Positions 47,793 to 57,555 of a stretch of DNA of 64,000 bases are shown one piece after another. Below the pieces are notes generated by a model. That model saw only the letters and a program-made list of their open reading frames with translations, made no database searches and was not told where the DNA came from. Origin of the DNA: Tagaea sp. (GTDB lineage: Bacteria > Pseudomonadota > Alphaproteobacteria > CACIAM-22H2); assembly GCA_965279525.1 (NCBI GenBank), contig CBDIIB010000005.1, positions 1,664,001 to 1,728,000 on the forward strand, in the 5' to 3' direction. How positions within the stretch are numbered: position 1 is the stretch's first letter; each line of letters starts with the position of its first letter. Both the position numbers and the translations under genes were made by a program.

Positions 47793-48958
47793 TGCGCCGG
47801 ATATCGATACTCGTCGCCGCCCTGATCGCCATCGCGATGCCCGCACACGCCCAGACCGCCAAGGCCGAAGCCGCGCGCGGCAACCCGCCGCCGGCCGTGT
47901 CGGTCGTGGTCAGCGCCACGCGCGAGCTTGTCGACACGGTGCTCGTGACCGGCACGCTGGTGGCGCGCGAGGAAGTGCTGGTGCTCGCCGAGAACGAAGG
48001 CGCGCGCATCGCCGAAGTGCTGGTCGACGAGGGCGAAAGCGTGCGCCAGGGCCAGGTGCTGGCCCGGCTGTCGCGCGACCTGCTCGACGCCCAGTTCGCC
48101 CAGAACGCCGCCCAGCTTTCGCGCGCCGACGCGTCGATCGCGCAGGCCCGCGCCCAGATCGTCCAGGCCGACGCCGCCAGCGTCGAAGCCCAGCAGGCAC
48201 TCGAGCGCGCGCGCTCGCTTCGCAATTCCGGCAACGCCACCGAAGCCACGCTCGAACAGCGCGTGTCCGCCGCCCGCTCGGCGCAGGGGCGCCTCTCCGC
48301 TTCGCGTGACGGGCTCGCCTTCGCCATCGCCGAGAAGGCCCAGGTCGAGGCCCAGCGCCGCGAACTGCAGGTCCGCATCGAGCGCAGCGACGTCAAGGCG
48401 CCGCGCGCCGGCACGGTGTCGCGCCGCACGGCGCGCATCGGCCAGATGACCGGTGCCGGCGGCGAAGCGCTGTTCCGCATCGTCGCCGACGCCGAGATCG
48501 AACTGGAAGCCGAACTCCTCGAAACACGCATCGCCAGCCTCGCGGTCGGCCAGAGCGCGCGCATCTCGATCAGCGGCCGGCCCGACATCGCCGGCACCGT
48601 GCGTCTTGTTCCCGCCGAGATCGACCGCACGACGCGGCTGGGCAAGGTGCGTATCGCCCTGCCTCGGGATGCGGGCCTGCGGATCGGTGCCTTTGCGCGC
48701 GGCTCGATCGAGGTCGCGCGCCGCACGGTGCTGGCCGTTCCGGTCGGCGCCATCGTCTATGCCGACGACGGCGCCGCCGTGCAGATCGTCGACGGCACGA
48801 AGATCGTCGTGAAGCCGGTCAAGATCGGCCTCGTCGCCGACGGCCATGTCGAGATCCGCGAGGGCCTGACGCCTGATCTTCTGGTCGTGGCGCGCGCGGC
48901 AGGCTTCCTGCGCGAAGGCGACCAGGTCCGCCCGCTTCTCGCCGACAAGGCGCGCTGA
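47792..48958 (+). CDS. RND efflux periplasmic adaptor (MFP)
   Basis: Signal peptide, VTGTLVAREEV, VDEGESVRQGQVLARL, coiled hairpin, VKAPRAG; TGATG coupling to tetR. Confidence 0.92.
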   Translation: MRRISILVAALIAIAMPAHAQTAKAEAARGNPPPAVSVVVSATRELVDTVLVTGTLVAREEVLVLAENEGARIAEVLVDEGESVRQGQVLARLSRDLLDAQFAQNAAQLSRADASIAQARAQIVQADAASVEAQQALERARSLRNSGNATEATLEQRVSAARSAQGRLSASRDGLAFAIAEKAQVEAQRRELQVRIERSDVKAPRAGTVSRRTARIGQMTGAGGEALFRIVADAEIELEAELLETRIASLAVGQSARISISGRPDIAGTVRLVPAEIDRTTRLGKVRIALPRDAGLRIGAFARGSIEVARRTVLAVPVGAIVYADDGAAVQIVDGTKIVVKPVKIGLVADGHVEIREGLTPDLLVVARAAGFLREGDQVRPLLADKAR

Positions 48959-48961
48959 GCC

Positions 48962-51900
48962 ATGGCCTTCCCCGTTTCCGCCTGGGCGATCCGCCAGCCG
49001 CTGCCCTCCATCGTCCTCTTCCTCGTGCTGACGATCCTGGGGCTGTTCGGTTTCGCCAACCTGCCGATCACGCGCTTTCCGAACATCGACGCGCCGTTCG
49101 TGTCGGTCACGGTCACCCAGTCGGGTGCCGCCCCTTCCGAGCTGGAAACGCAGGTCACCAAGAAGGTCGAGGACGCGGTCGCCGGCATCGCCGGCGTCAA
49201 GCACATCGTCTCGACGGTGACCGAGGGCAATTCCGGCACGACCATCGAGTTCCGGCTGGAGACGCAGGTCGACCGCGCGCTCAACGACGTCAAGGACGCG
49301 CTCGCGCGCATCCGCCAGGACCTGCCGCGCACGATCGACGAACCCATCGTCCAGCGCATCGATATCGCGGGCCTGCCCATCGTCACCTACGCCGCGCGCG
49401 CCCCGCAGATGTCGGTCGAGGAGCTGTCGTGGTTCGTCGACGACACGGTCGCGCGCGACCTGCAGGGAATCCGCGGCGTGTCGAAGATCGAGCGCGTGGG
49501 CGGCGTGGACCGCGAGATCCGCATCACGCTCGACCCCGACCGGCTTGCCGCCTTCGGCGTGACGGCGGCAGACGTCAACCGCCAGCTGCGCGCCACGCAC
49601 GTGGACCTTGCCGGCGGGCGCGGCGAGGTGGGCGGGCGCGAACAGTCGATCCGCACGCTGGCCGGCACGCACACGCTGGCAAGCCTCGCCGACACGGCGA
49701 TCGCCCTTTCGGGCGGGCGCAAGGTGCGGCTCGAGGAACTGGGCGAGGTCGTCGACGGCCACGCCGAGATGCGCACCTTCGCGCGCTTCGACGGCGAACC
49801 GGTCGTCGCCTTCGCGATCAGCCGCTCGAAGGGGGCGAGCGACGCCACGCTTTCCGTCGCGATCGACGCGCGTATCGCGAGCCTGCAGGCCCGTCATCCC
49901 GAGGTGACGCTCGCGCGCATCGACAGCTACGTCACCTACACCATGGGCAACTATCATTCGGCGATGGCCTCGCTGCTGGAGGGTGCGGCCCTTGCCGTCG
50001 CGGTCGTGCTGCTGTTCTTGCGCGACTGGCGGGCCACGCTCATCACCGCGATCACGCTGCCGCTCGCCATCGTGCCGACCTTCTGGGCGATGGACCTGAT
50101 GGGCTTCTCGCTCAACCTCGTGTCGCTGCTGGCGATCACGCTGGTGACCGGCATCCTCGTCGACGACGCCATCGTCGAGATCGAGAACATCGCGCGCCAC
50201 ATGCAGATGGGAAAGACGCCGTGGCGCGCGGCCCTGGAAGCGGCCGACGAGATCGGCCTTGCGGTCGTCGCCATCACGCTCACCATCGTCGCGGTGTTCG
50301 CGCCCGTCAGTTTCATGGGCGGCATCGCCGGTCAGTATTTCAAGCAGTTCGGGCTGGTGGTGGCGGCGGCCGTGCTGTTCTCGCTGCTGGTGGCCCGTCT
50401 CATCACGCCGATGCTCGCCGCCTATTTCCTGCGCCCGGTCGCGCACAAGGCCGAGGTGGACGGGCGCATCATGCGCGCCTATCTGCGCCTCGTGCAGTGG
50501 TCGACGCGCCACCGCTTCAAGACCGTGATCATCGGGCTTGCGCTGTTCGCGGGCTCGATCTGGTCGACGGCCCTGCTGCCGTCGGGCTTCCTGCCGGGCG
50601 AGGACGTGGCGCGCACGCTGCTCGTCGTCGAACTGCCGCCGGGGGCCCGCCTTGCCGATACCCAGGCCGTCACCGGCGGGATCGTGGAACGGCTGCACAA
50701 CCGGCCGGAAGTGAAGAGCGTGTTCGTCGACGGCGGGCGCACGCCCAATGGCGGACGCGAGGTGCGCCGCGCCACGCTGACGATCCAGTTCGTCCACAAG
50801 ACCCAGCGCGACAAGAAGCAGAAGGTGCTGGAAGCCGAGATCCTGCGCGAGCTTGCCGACATCCCGGACATCCGCTTCTGGCGGCTCAACGAGAACGGCC
50901 AGCGCGGCCTCACGCTGCTCGTCACCGGCGACGATCCGGTCGTGACGGCCGAGATCTCGACGCGCCTTGCCAGCGAGATGCGCACGCTGCCCATCGTGCA
51001 GGGCGTGGTCTCCACCGCCGCCCTCGACAGGGCGGAAATCCGCATCCGGCCGCGCGCCGACCTCGCGGCCGACCTCGGCGTTTCGACCGACACGATCGCC
51101 GAGACGCTGCGCGTGGCGACCATCGGCGACATCGGCGCGAACCTCGCCAAGTTCGACGTCGGCACGCGCCAGATCCCGATCCGCGTGCAGCTCGACGCGC
51201 GCGCGCGCACCGAGGCACAGACGCTGGAAGCCCTGAAAGTGCCGACCGCGCGCGGCGGGCCGGTGCCGCTGGCGACCGTCGCCGAGATCAGCTTCGGCCA
51301 GGGGCCGACGTCCATCGAGCGCTACGACCGCGTGCGGCGAATCGCGGTCGAGGCCGACATGCTGGGCACCGACGCGCTTGGCGACGTGATCGAGCAGACG
51401 ATGCAGCTCCCCGTCGCGCGCAACCTGCCGCCGGGCGTCGAGATCCGCACGTCGGGCGATGCCGAAGTGATGGCAGAGGTCTTCCAGAGCTTCGCCGTCG
51501 CGATGGGGGCCGGCCTGCTGATGGTCTTCGGCGTGCTCGTCCTGCTGTTCGGCTCGTTCCTGCAGCCCGTCACGATCCTGTTCTCGCTGCCGCTGTCGTT
51601 CGGTGGCGTGGTGCTGGCCCTGCTGGTCACCCAGCGCCCGATCTCGATGCCGGTCGTCATCGGCCTCCTGATGCTGATGGGCATCGTCACCAAGAACGCG
51701 ATCATGCTCGTCGATTTCGCGATTGAGGAGATCGCAAGGGGCGTGGACCGGCTGACCGCGATCGTCGATGCCGGGCGCAAGCGCGCGCGGCCGATCATCA
51801 TGACGACCATCGCGATGGCGGCGGGCATGCTGCCCTCGGCCTACGGCGTGGGCGACGGCGGCGAATTCCGCTCGCCGATGGCCATCGCCGTGGTCGGCGG

Positions 51901-52057
51901 CCTGATCGTGTCGACCGGCCTGTCGCTGGTTTTCGTGCCGGCCTTCTTCCTCGTCATGGACGATGTCAGCCGGCTGGGGGCGCGTCTGTTCGCACGCTAT
52001 GTGGGTGCCACCGACGAGCATGAGGCGGGGCCGCCCGCGCGGAATCAGATACCGTAA
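48962..52057 (+). CDS. RND efflux permease (AcrB/AcrD/AcrF family)
   Basis: 1031 aa; GILVDDAIVEIENI, GIVTKNAIMLVDF, RARPIIMTT. Confidence 0.96.
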   Translation: MAFPVSAWAIRQPLPSIVLFLVLTILGLFGFANLPITRFPNIDAPFVSVTVTQSGAAPSELETQVTKKVEDAVAGIAGVKHIVSTVTEGNSGTTIEFRLETQVDRALNDVKDALARIRQDLPRTIDEPIVQRIDIAGLPIVTYAARAPQMSVEELSWFVDDTVARDLQGIRGVSKIERVGGVDREIRITLDPDRLAAFGVTAADVNRQLRATHVDLAGGRGEVGGREQSIRTLAGTHTLASLADTAIALSGGRKVRLEELGEVVDGHAEMRTFARFDGEPVVAFAISRSKGASDATLSVAIDARIASLQARHPEVTLARIDSYVTYTMGNYHSAMASLLEGAALAVAVVLLFLRDWRATLITAITLPLAIVPTFWAMDLMGFSLNLVSLLAITLVTGILVDDAIVEIENIARHMQMGKTPWRAALEAADEIGLAVVAITLTIVAVFAPVSFMGGIAGQYFKQFGLVVAAAVLFSLLVARLITPMLAAYFLRPVAHKAEVDGRIMRAYLRLVQWSTRHRFKTVIIGLALFAGSIWSTALLPSGFLPGEDVARTLLVVELPPGARLADTQAVTGGIVERLHNRPEVKSVFVDGGRTPNGGREVRRATLTIQFVHKTQRDKKQKVLEAEILRELADIPDIRFWRLNENGQRGLTLLVTGDDPVVTAEISTRLASEMRTLPIVQGVVSTAALDRAEIRIRPRADLAADLGVSTDTIAETLRVATIGDIGANLAKFDVGTRQIPIRVQLDARARTEAQTLEALKVPTARGGPVPLATVAEISFGQGPTSIERYDRVRRIAVEADMLGTDALGDVIEQTMQLPVARNLPPGVEIRTSGDAEVMAEVFQSFAVAMGAGLLMVFGVLVLLFGSFLQPVTILFSLPLSFGGVVLALLVTQRPISMPVVIGLLMLMGIVTKNAIMLVDFAIEEIARGVDRLTAIVDAGRKRARPIIMTTIAMAAGMLPSAYGVGDGGEFRSPMAIAVVGGLIVSTGLSLVFVPAFFLVMDDVSRLGARLFARYVGATDEHEAGPPARNQIP

Positions 52058-52130
52058 AGTTCGTAGTGGAAATCTTAACCGGAACGGGCGCACCATTCGG
52101 TGTCCGGAATCTGGCCGAAGCTTCGAACGA

Positions 52131-53483
52131 ATGGCTTTTCGATACCGCAGCACCCTCGCGGCCGCCGCCGTCCTCGCCGGCGTGCTCGGTGCATGGATGC
52201 CGGCCTGCGCCCAGCCCGCCGATCCCCGGATGTCCGCCGATGTCGACGCGGCTTTCGCGCGCATGCTGGCCGATCCGGGCAATCCCGAACTGACCTTCGC
52301 CTATGCCACGGCCGCGGCGCGCGCCGGCAATCTCGAAGGTGCCATCGCGTCGCTCGAACGCATGCTGCTGGCCGATTCGGGCCTCGCGCGGGTGCGCTTC
52401 GAACTCGGGATCCTCTATTACAGGATCGAATCCTTCGAGGCCGCACGCGGCTATTTCCGTTCCGCGCGCGAAGGCGGACGCCTGCCCGACGATCTCGACG
52501 CGCGCGCTGCCGAGTTCCTCGCCGAGATCGACAAGCGCCAGTCGCCGCACCGCTTCTCGGGGTCCGTGACGGTCGGGGCGCGCTACCAGTCCAATGCGAA
52601 TTCGAACAACAACACGGCCTTCGTGCGCATCCCGGCCCTCGGCGGGCTGAACGTCACGAACTCCGGCTCCAGCCGCAAGCATGACTGGAACGCGCTGGCC
52701 TCGGTGGCACTCCTCCACAATTACGAATGGGAGCCGGGGTCCGGCGATTCGCTGGAGACGGCGCTGACGCTCTATGGCGTGCGCCAGGCGAGCGTGCGGT
52801 CGGTGAATACGGCGCTGGCGGAAATCTCCACCGGGCCGCGTTTTGCCCTGCCGTTCGGCCCGTTCGATTCGGCGAGCATGCGGCCCTACCTGCTGGCCAA
52901 CCTCGTCACCCTCGACGACAACCGCTACTACCATTCCGGCGGCGCCGGCCTGCAGTTCCAGACCGCTTTCGCGAACGCCTTCGAATGGACGCTCGGCTAC
53001 GAGACGCGAAGCACGAACTACCGCACGGACTCCACGCGTTCGACCGCGCGTGCCGAGCAGGGGCAGGGCCATGTCGGTTCGACGTCGCTGACTTGGAACG
53101 CGACGGCCGTCGACAGTTTCACCGTCGGCTTCGCCGCCGGCCAGGTGTTCACGCGCGAGACCTACAAGACGTCGACGCAGACCGAGACGAGCTTTTCCTA
53201 CGCGCGCCGGATCGAGGCACCCTTCGGTCTGGGTGCCGGCCCCTGGATACTCGGCGGCGGCGTGGCGCGGGAAATCGTCAGCTATGCCGCGGGTGATCCG
53301 AATGTCGACCGCCGGGCGCGGCGCAACGACCGCGAGTGGCGCTTCACCGCATCGATGAGCGTGCCGGTCACGCTCGATGTGTCGTTCGTGCTGATCGGCC
53401 AGCACCAGACGGTCGTCTCCAGCTACGAGGTCAACACCTACCGCAACGAAAGCCTGACGGCGGGGCTCACATGGAGCTTCTGA
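52131..53483 (+). CDS. Outer-membrane protein: N-terminal TPR plus C-terminal beta-barrel (Slam/DUF560-like architecture)
   Basis: Signal peptide; TPR-like AIASLERML...RVRFELGILYYRIESFEAARGYF; amphipathic beta strands; terminal LTWSF BAM signature. Confidence 0.75.
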   Translation: MAFRYRSTLAAAAVLAGVLGAWMPACAQPADPRMSADVDAAFARMLADPGNPELTFAYATAAARAGNLEGAIASLERMLLADSGLARVRFELGILYYRIESFEAARGYFRSAREGGRLPDDLDARAAEFLAEIDKRQSPHRFSGSVTVGARYQSNANSNNNTAFVRIPALGGLNVTNSGSSRKHDWNALASVALLHNYEWEPGSGDSLETALTLYGVRQASVRSVNTALAEISTGPRFALPFGPFDSASMRPYLLANLVTLDDNRYYHSGGAGLQFQTAFANAFEWTLGYETRSTNYRTDSTRSTARAEQGQGHVGSTSLTWNATAVDSFTVGFAAGQVFTRETYKTSTQTETSFSYARRIEAPFGLGAGPWILGGGVAREIVSYAAGDPNVDRRARRNDREWRFTASMSVPVTLDVSFVLIGQHQTVVSSYEVNTYRNESLTAGLTWSF

Positions 53484-54475
53484 CCCGCATCGCGGCCGGC
53501 GTCCTTGCCGTCTCGTTGGCGGCGGGCGGCGCGCATGCGCAGCCGGCCCCGTCCGTCGGCGTCGCGGCGGCGGTGGTGCCCGACGCGCGCTCCATGCCGC
53601 CCGGTGGCGAGAACCGGACGCTTGCCGTCGGCGCCAATCTCGTCTTCCGCGAGCGCGTGACGACCGGGCCCGCCGGCCAGGTGCAGCTTCTCTTTGCCGA
53701 CCAGTCCGCGGTGTCGGTCGGCCCCGGCTCGGACCTGACGATCGACGAATATGTCTACGATCCCGCCGCCGGTGCGGGCCGCATGGCGATGCGGCTGGCG
53801 CGCGGTGCCGCCCGCTTCGTCGGCGGCAAGATATCGAAGACCGGCGAGGTCGCGATCGAGACGCCGGCCGGCCAGATCGGCATCCGCGGCGGCATGGCGA
53901 TGGTCGACGTGGCGCCCGACGGCGCCACGACCCGCGTCGTCCACCTGTTCGGCTATACGACGCTGCGCGCACTCGACGGCCAGACCCTGACGATGTCGCG
54001 CGCCGGCTCGCTCGTCGATCTCGCACGTCCGGCACAGGCGGGCGCACCTGCCGCGCGCCTTGTCGCGCGTCCGGCGCAGTCCGGCGAGATGGCGGCGATG
54101 CGGGGCCAGTTCGAGCGGCCGGGTGCCGGAACGTCTGCCGGTCCCTCGGCGCCGGGCGGTGCTGCACCGCCGACGGCACCTTCGCCCGGCGGACCGCCGG
54201 GACTTCCCGCCGCCGGTGCCGCCGGCCCGCCAGCTGGCGGCCAGATCGACTCAGCACTCGGCCGCTCGGGAATGTCGCAGGTCAATGCGGGTGCCCCGGC
54301 CCGCCTTGTGACCATCGCACCGCAGGGCAGCGTGCAGGGCGGCCCTGCGGCCGGCGGCCAGCCACCGCAGGCGAAAGGCCCGTCAGCGGTCAAGCTGCCG
54401 GCACTGGGACCGAAGGGTCCCGGGATGGGGCGGCCGATGCGCCCGCCGCCGAAATTCATCAAGCCGCCGCAATGA
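53471..54475 (+). CDS. Exported FecR-domain protein with Pro/Gly-rich tail
   Basis: Signal peptide; TTGPAGQVQLLFADQSAVSVGPGSDLTIDEYVYDP, RFVGGKISK, TPAGQIGIRG; start overlaps the upstream gene's end. Confidence 0.85.
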   Translation: MELLTRIAAGVLAVSLAAGGAHAQPAPSVGVAAAVVPDARSMPPGGENRTLAVGANLVFRERVTTGPAGQVQLLFADQSAVSVGPGSDLTIDEYVYDPAAGAGRMAMRLARGAARFVGGKISKTGEVAIETPAGQIGIRGGMAMVDVAPDGATTRVVHLFGYTTLRALDGQTLTMSRAGSLVDLARPAQAGAPAARLVARPAQSGEMAAMRGQFERPGAGTSAGPSAPGGAAPPTAPSPGGPPGLPAAGAAGPPAGGQIDSALGRSGMSQVNAGAPARLVTIAPQGSVQGGPAAGGQPPQAKGPSAVKLPALGPKGPGMGRPMRPPPKFIKPPQ

Positions 54476-56700
54476 AGCGACTGGCGGGCCTTGCGGCGCC
54501 GCTTCTTCTGCTGGCCGGTCTCGCCGGCCTGCGCGTGCTGGATCCGCCGGTGCTGCGCGACGTGCGTGCCTGGATTTTCGACGGCTACCAGCGGCTGGCG
54601 CCGCGCCCGTGGAGCGATGCCGGTGTGCGGATCGTCGATATCGACGAGGAAAGCCTCGCCCGTTTCGGCCAATGGCCGTGGCCGCGCCCGCTCGTCGCCT
54701 CGCTTGCCGAGCGGCTTTCCGCCGCCGGTGCCGCTTCGATCGCGTTCGACATGGTGTTCGCCGAGCCCGACCGGACGAGCCCTGCGGCGATCCTGCCGCT
54801 GTGGGCCGGTGCCGCCGGCGATCCGGCGCTGGCTGCACTTGCCGCACGACTGCCGGATCACGACGCCCTGTTCGCGCAGGCGCTCGGCAGCACACCCTCG
54901 GTGCTTGGCTTCGTGCTGTCGGACGCCGCGGTGCCGGCCGCACCGCCCGCCGCCAAGTGGGGCATCGTCTTCGCGGGTCCCGACGCGAGCGGCTTCCTGC
55001 ACGCCCATTCCGGTGCCGTGCGCAACCTTCCCGCACTCGAAGCCGCGGCACCTGGCCTGGGAAGTATCACGACGGGCTTCGACGCCGCCGGCATCGTGCG
55101 CCGCGTGCCGCTGATGGCACGCCTGAAGCGCGAGGACGGGAGTGCCCATCGCGCGATCTATCCGTCGCTGGCGGCCGAGGCACTGCGTGTCGCGCAGGAT
55201 GCCTCGACCTACGTGATCCGTGCCGCGGGCGCTTCGGGGCAGGGCGCGTTCGGCGCGCAGACCGGGATCGTCGACATCCGGATCGGCGCGTTCGTCGCGC
55301 GCACCGATGCCGGCGGCCGCATGCTGCTTTACGACACCGGGCCCGTGCCGCAGCGCGTCGTGCCGGCCTGGCGCGTGCTGGCAGGCGACATGCCGCCGGA
55401 CGCGTTCGACGGGCGCATCGCGTTCATCGGCACGTCGGCGGCCGGTCTCAAGGACATCCGCGCCACGCCGCTCAATCCGGTGGCTGCCGGCGTCGAGGTC
55501 CACGCGCAGATCGCCGAGCAGATCGTCGACGGCATCTTCCTGGAGCGGCCGGACTGGGCGGACGGATTCGAGTTCGCGGCACTCGTGGCGGCCGGCGCGA
55601 CGCTGATGCTGGTGCTCGCTGCGACGGGGGCCGCGACAGGTGCCGTCGTGCTGGTGCTGGCGCTGGCCGCCGCGTTCGCAGGCTCGTGGTACGCGTTCGC
55701 CACACACCGGATGCTGTTCGATCCGGTCTATCCGGCACTTGCCGCCGTGGTGCTCTATATGGTGCAGACGCTGATCGGCTTCCTGCGCAGCGAGGCCGAG
55801 CGCCGGCAGGTGCGCGGCGCCTTCGGCCGGTACCTGGCACCTGCCCTTGTCGAGCAGCTCGCGCGCGATCCGGACAGGCTTGCATTGGGCGGCGAGATGA
55901 AGCCGATCACGCTGATGTTCATGGACATCCGCGGCTTCACGCCGATCTCCGAACAGTTCGACGCGCACGGGCTCACGCGCTTCCTCAACCGCTTCCTCAC
56001 GCGCATGACGTCGTTCGTGCTCGACAGCGGCGGCACCGTCGACAAATACATGGGCGACGCGATCATGGCGTTCTGGAACGCGCCGCTGGACGTCGCCGAC
56101 CATCCCAGGAAGGCGCTTGAAGCGGCGCTCGCGATGCTCGCCGGGGCAAGGGCTTTCGATGCCGAATGGCGTGCCGAGCGCGAGAAGGAAGGGCTGGGCC
56201 ACGTGCCGGTCAGGATCGGCATCGGTCTCAACACGGGGATCTGCTGCGTGGGCAACATGGGGGCCGAGCAGCGCTTCGACTATTCGGCCATCGGCGACGA
56301 CGTGAACCTGTGTTCGCGCCTGGAAGGGCAGAGCAAGTCCTATGGCCTCACGCTGCTGATCGCCGAGGCAACCGCCGAGGCATGCGCCGAAGCCTTTCCG
56401 CTGCTCGAAATCGACCTGCTGCGCGTCAAGGGCAAGACGCGCCCCGCACGCATCTTCACGGCCGTGCCCGGAGAGATCGATGCCGCTTTCGCCGACTGGA
56501 GGCAAGCGCACGACGCCGCACTTGCCGCCTATCGCCGGCAGGACTGGGCGGGTGCCCGTGCCGCGATCGCGGCGTCGCGCGGGCGGGGCGACGGCGCCCT
56601 CGACGGTTACTACGCGGTTCTCGAAGCGCGCATCGCTGCCTACGAGACCGACCCGCCGCCCGCGGACTGGGACGGCGTGCACGTCGCGACCGAGAAGTAG
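54472..56700 (+). CDS. CHASE2-domain adenylate cyclase
   Basis: IVDIDEESL..FGQWPWPR, FDMVFAEPDR, GVEVHAQ, three TM, FMDIRGFT, DKYMGDAIM, DYSAIGDDVNLCSRLEG, RVKGK. Confidence 0.95.
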   Translation: MKRLAGLAAPLLLLAGLAGLRVLDPPVLRDVRAWIFDGYQRLAPRPWSDAGVRIVDIDEESLARFGQWPWPRPLVASLAERLSAAGAASIAFDMVFAEPDRTSPAAILPLWAGAAGDPALAALAARLPDHDALFAQALGSTPSVLGFVLSDAAVPAAPPAAKWGIVFAGPDASGFLHAHSGAVRNLPALEAAAPGLGSITTGFDAAGIVRRVPLMARLKREDGSAHRAIYPSLAAEALRVAQDASTYVIRAAGASGQGAFGAQTGIVDIRIGAFVARTDAGGRMLLYDTGPVPQRVVPAWRVLAGDMPPDAFDGRIAFIGTSAAGLKDIRATPLNPVAAGVEVHAQIAEQIVDGIFLERPDWADGFEFAALVAAGATLMLVLAATGAATGAVVLVLALAAAFAGSWYAFATHRMLFDPVYPALAAVVLYMVQTLIGFLRSEAERRQVRGAFGRYLAPALVEQLARDPDRLALGGEMKPITLMFMDIRGFTPISEQFDAHGLTRFLNRFLTRMTSFVLDSGGTVDKYMGDAIMAFWNAPLDVADHPRKALEAALAMLAGARAFDAEWRAEREKEGLGHVPVRIGIGLNTGICCVGNMGAEQRFDYSAIGDDVNLCSRLEGQSKSYGLTLLIAEATAEACAEAFPLLEIDLLRVKGKTRPARIFTAVPGEIDAAFADWRQAHDAALAAYRRQDWAGARAAIAASRGRGDGALDGYYAVLEARIAAYETDPPPADWDGVHVATEK

Positions 56701-56706
56701 GCCCGC

Positions 56707-57420
56707 TCAGGCCTGCTTGAACTCGTGGACCATTTCCTTGAGCCGCTTGGGCTCGAGGACGGCAAGTTCGGCCTTCTCGCGCACGACGATCTTCTTGCGC
56801 GCGAGTTCGGAGAACACCCGCGCCACCGTCTCGCGCGTCGTCGACACGCGCGCCGCGATGTCGCCGTGCGCCGGGATCGGGCGGATCACCGTGCGCCCGC
56901 CGGCGGCCTGCTTCGCCAGCCGCAGGATTTCGGCATAGACGCGGTTGTGGGCACCCAGCGTGGAAAGTTCGACGATGCGCGACGTCGCGTGGCGCACCAT
57001 GTGGGCCAGATGGTCGAGCAGGGCGAGCTGGGCGGACGAGCTGGCGAGAACCGCGTCGAGGAACGCCTGGCGCCCGAGCACGCCGAGCTGCGAGGGTTCC
57101 AGCGCCACGACGCTGGCCGAGCGCGGCTCGCCGTCGATCGCCGCAAGCTCGCCCACGCAGGCACCCGCCCCGATCTCGTCGAAGCTGACTTCGCGGCCCG
57201 ATTCCGAAAAGACGACGATGCGCGCCCGGCCGGCGACGAGGAAATAGACGTCGCTGTCGTCGCTGTCGCGGTCGATGATCGGCTGGCCGGCGTCGAAGCG
57301 GCACCAGCGGCATTTCGCCTCGATCGCCTGGCGGGCGCCGTCGGCCAGCGGGGCGAACAGGGCGATGCCCTTCAGGGTCCGGACCGCGGGGGCCGGAACC
57401 GCCTTTCTGGCACTGGTCAT
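56707..57420 (-). CDS. Crp/Fnr family transcriptional regulator
   Basis: cNMP pocket GELAAIDGEPRSA, HTH HGDIAARVSTTRETVARV; GGAGA SD before MTSARK. Confidence 0.92.
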   Translation of the reverse strand: MTSARKAVPAPAVRTLKGIALFAPLADGARQAIEAKCRWCRFDAGQPIIDRDSDDSDVYFLVAGRARIVVFSESGREVSFDEIGAGACVGELAAIDGEPRSASVVALEPSQLGVLGRQAFLDAVLASSSAQLALLDHLAHMVRHATSRIVELSTLGAHNRVYAEILRLAKQAAGGRTVIRPIPAHGDIAARVSTTRETVARVFSELARKKIVVREKAELAVLEPKRLKEMVHEFKQA

Positions 57421-57500
57421 CGCCGAATCTCCCTGTTGCGGGCCTTGCCCGGCCGGACGTTGCCGCATCGCACTCCCTTCCTCTATAGTCGCCCGGGCCG

Positions 57501-57515
57501 TGTTGCAACGCAACA
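57501..57515. promoter_or_regulatory. Palindromic operator, PhaR-box-like
   Basis: TGTTGC-AAC-GCAACA between the divergent crp and maoC/phaJ-like genes. Confidence 0.45.
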
Positions 57516-57555
57516 AGGGGCGGCAGCACATCACATCGGGGGCGCGCGGGTTCGG

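Noticed and set aside
52075-52080. TTAACC CtrA half-site before the OMP-FecR-cyclase operon
   Set aside because: Single 6-bp half-site with no partner at the N7 spacing; too weak to call
47624-52282. 1552-aa minus-strand ORF and other very long shadow ORFs (4029..7331, 4039..7095, 21528..24068, 53953..56682)
   Set aside because: Antisense or off-frame to clearly recognisable genes; Arg/Ala/Gly-rich nonsense expected from stop-codon scarcity at high GC
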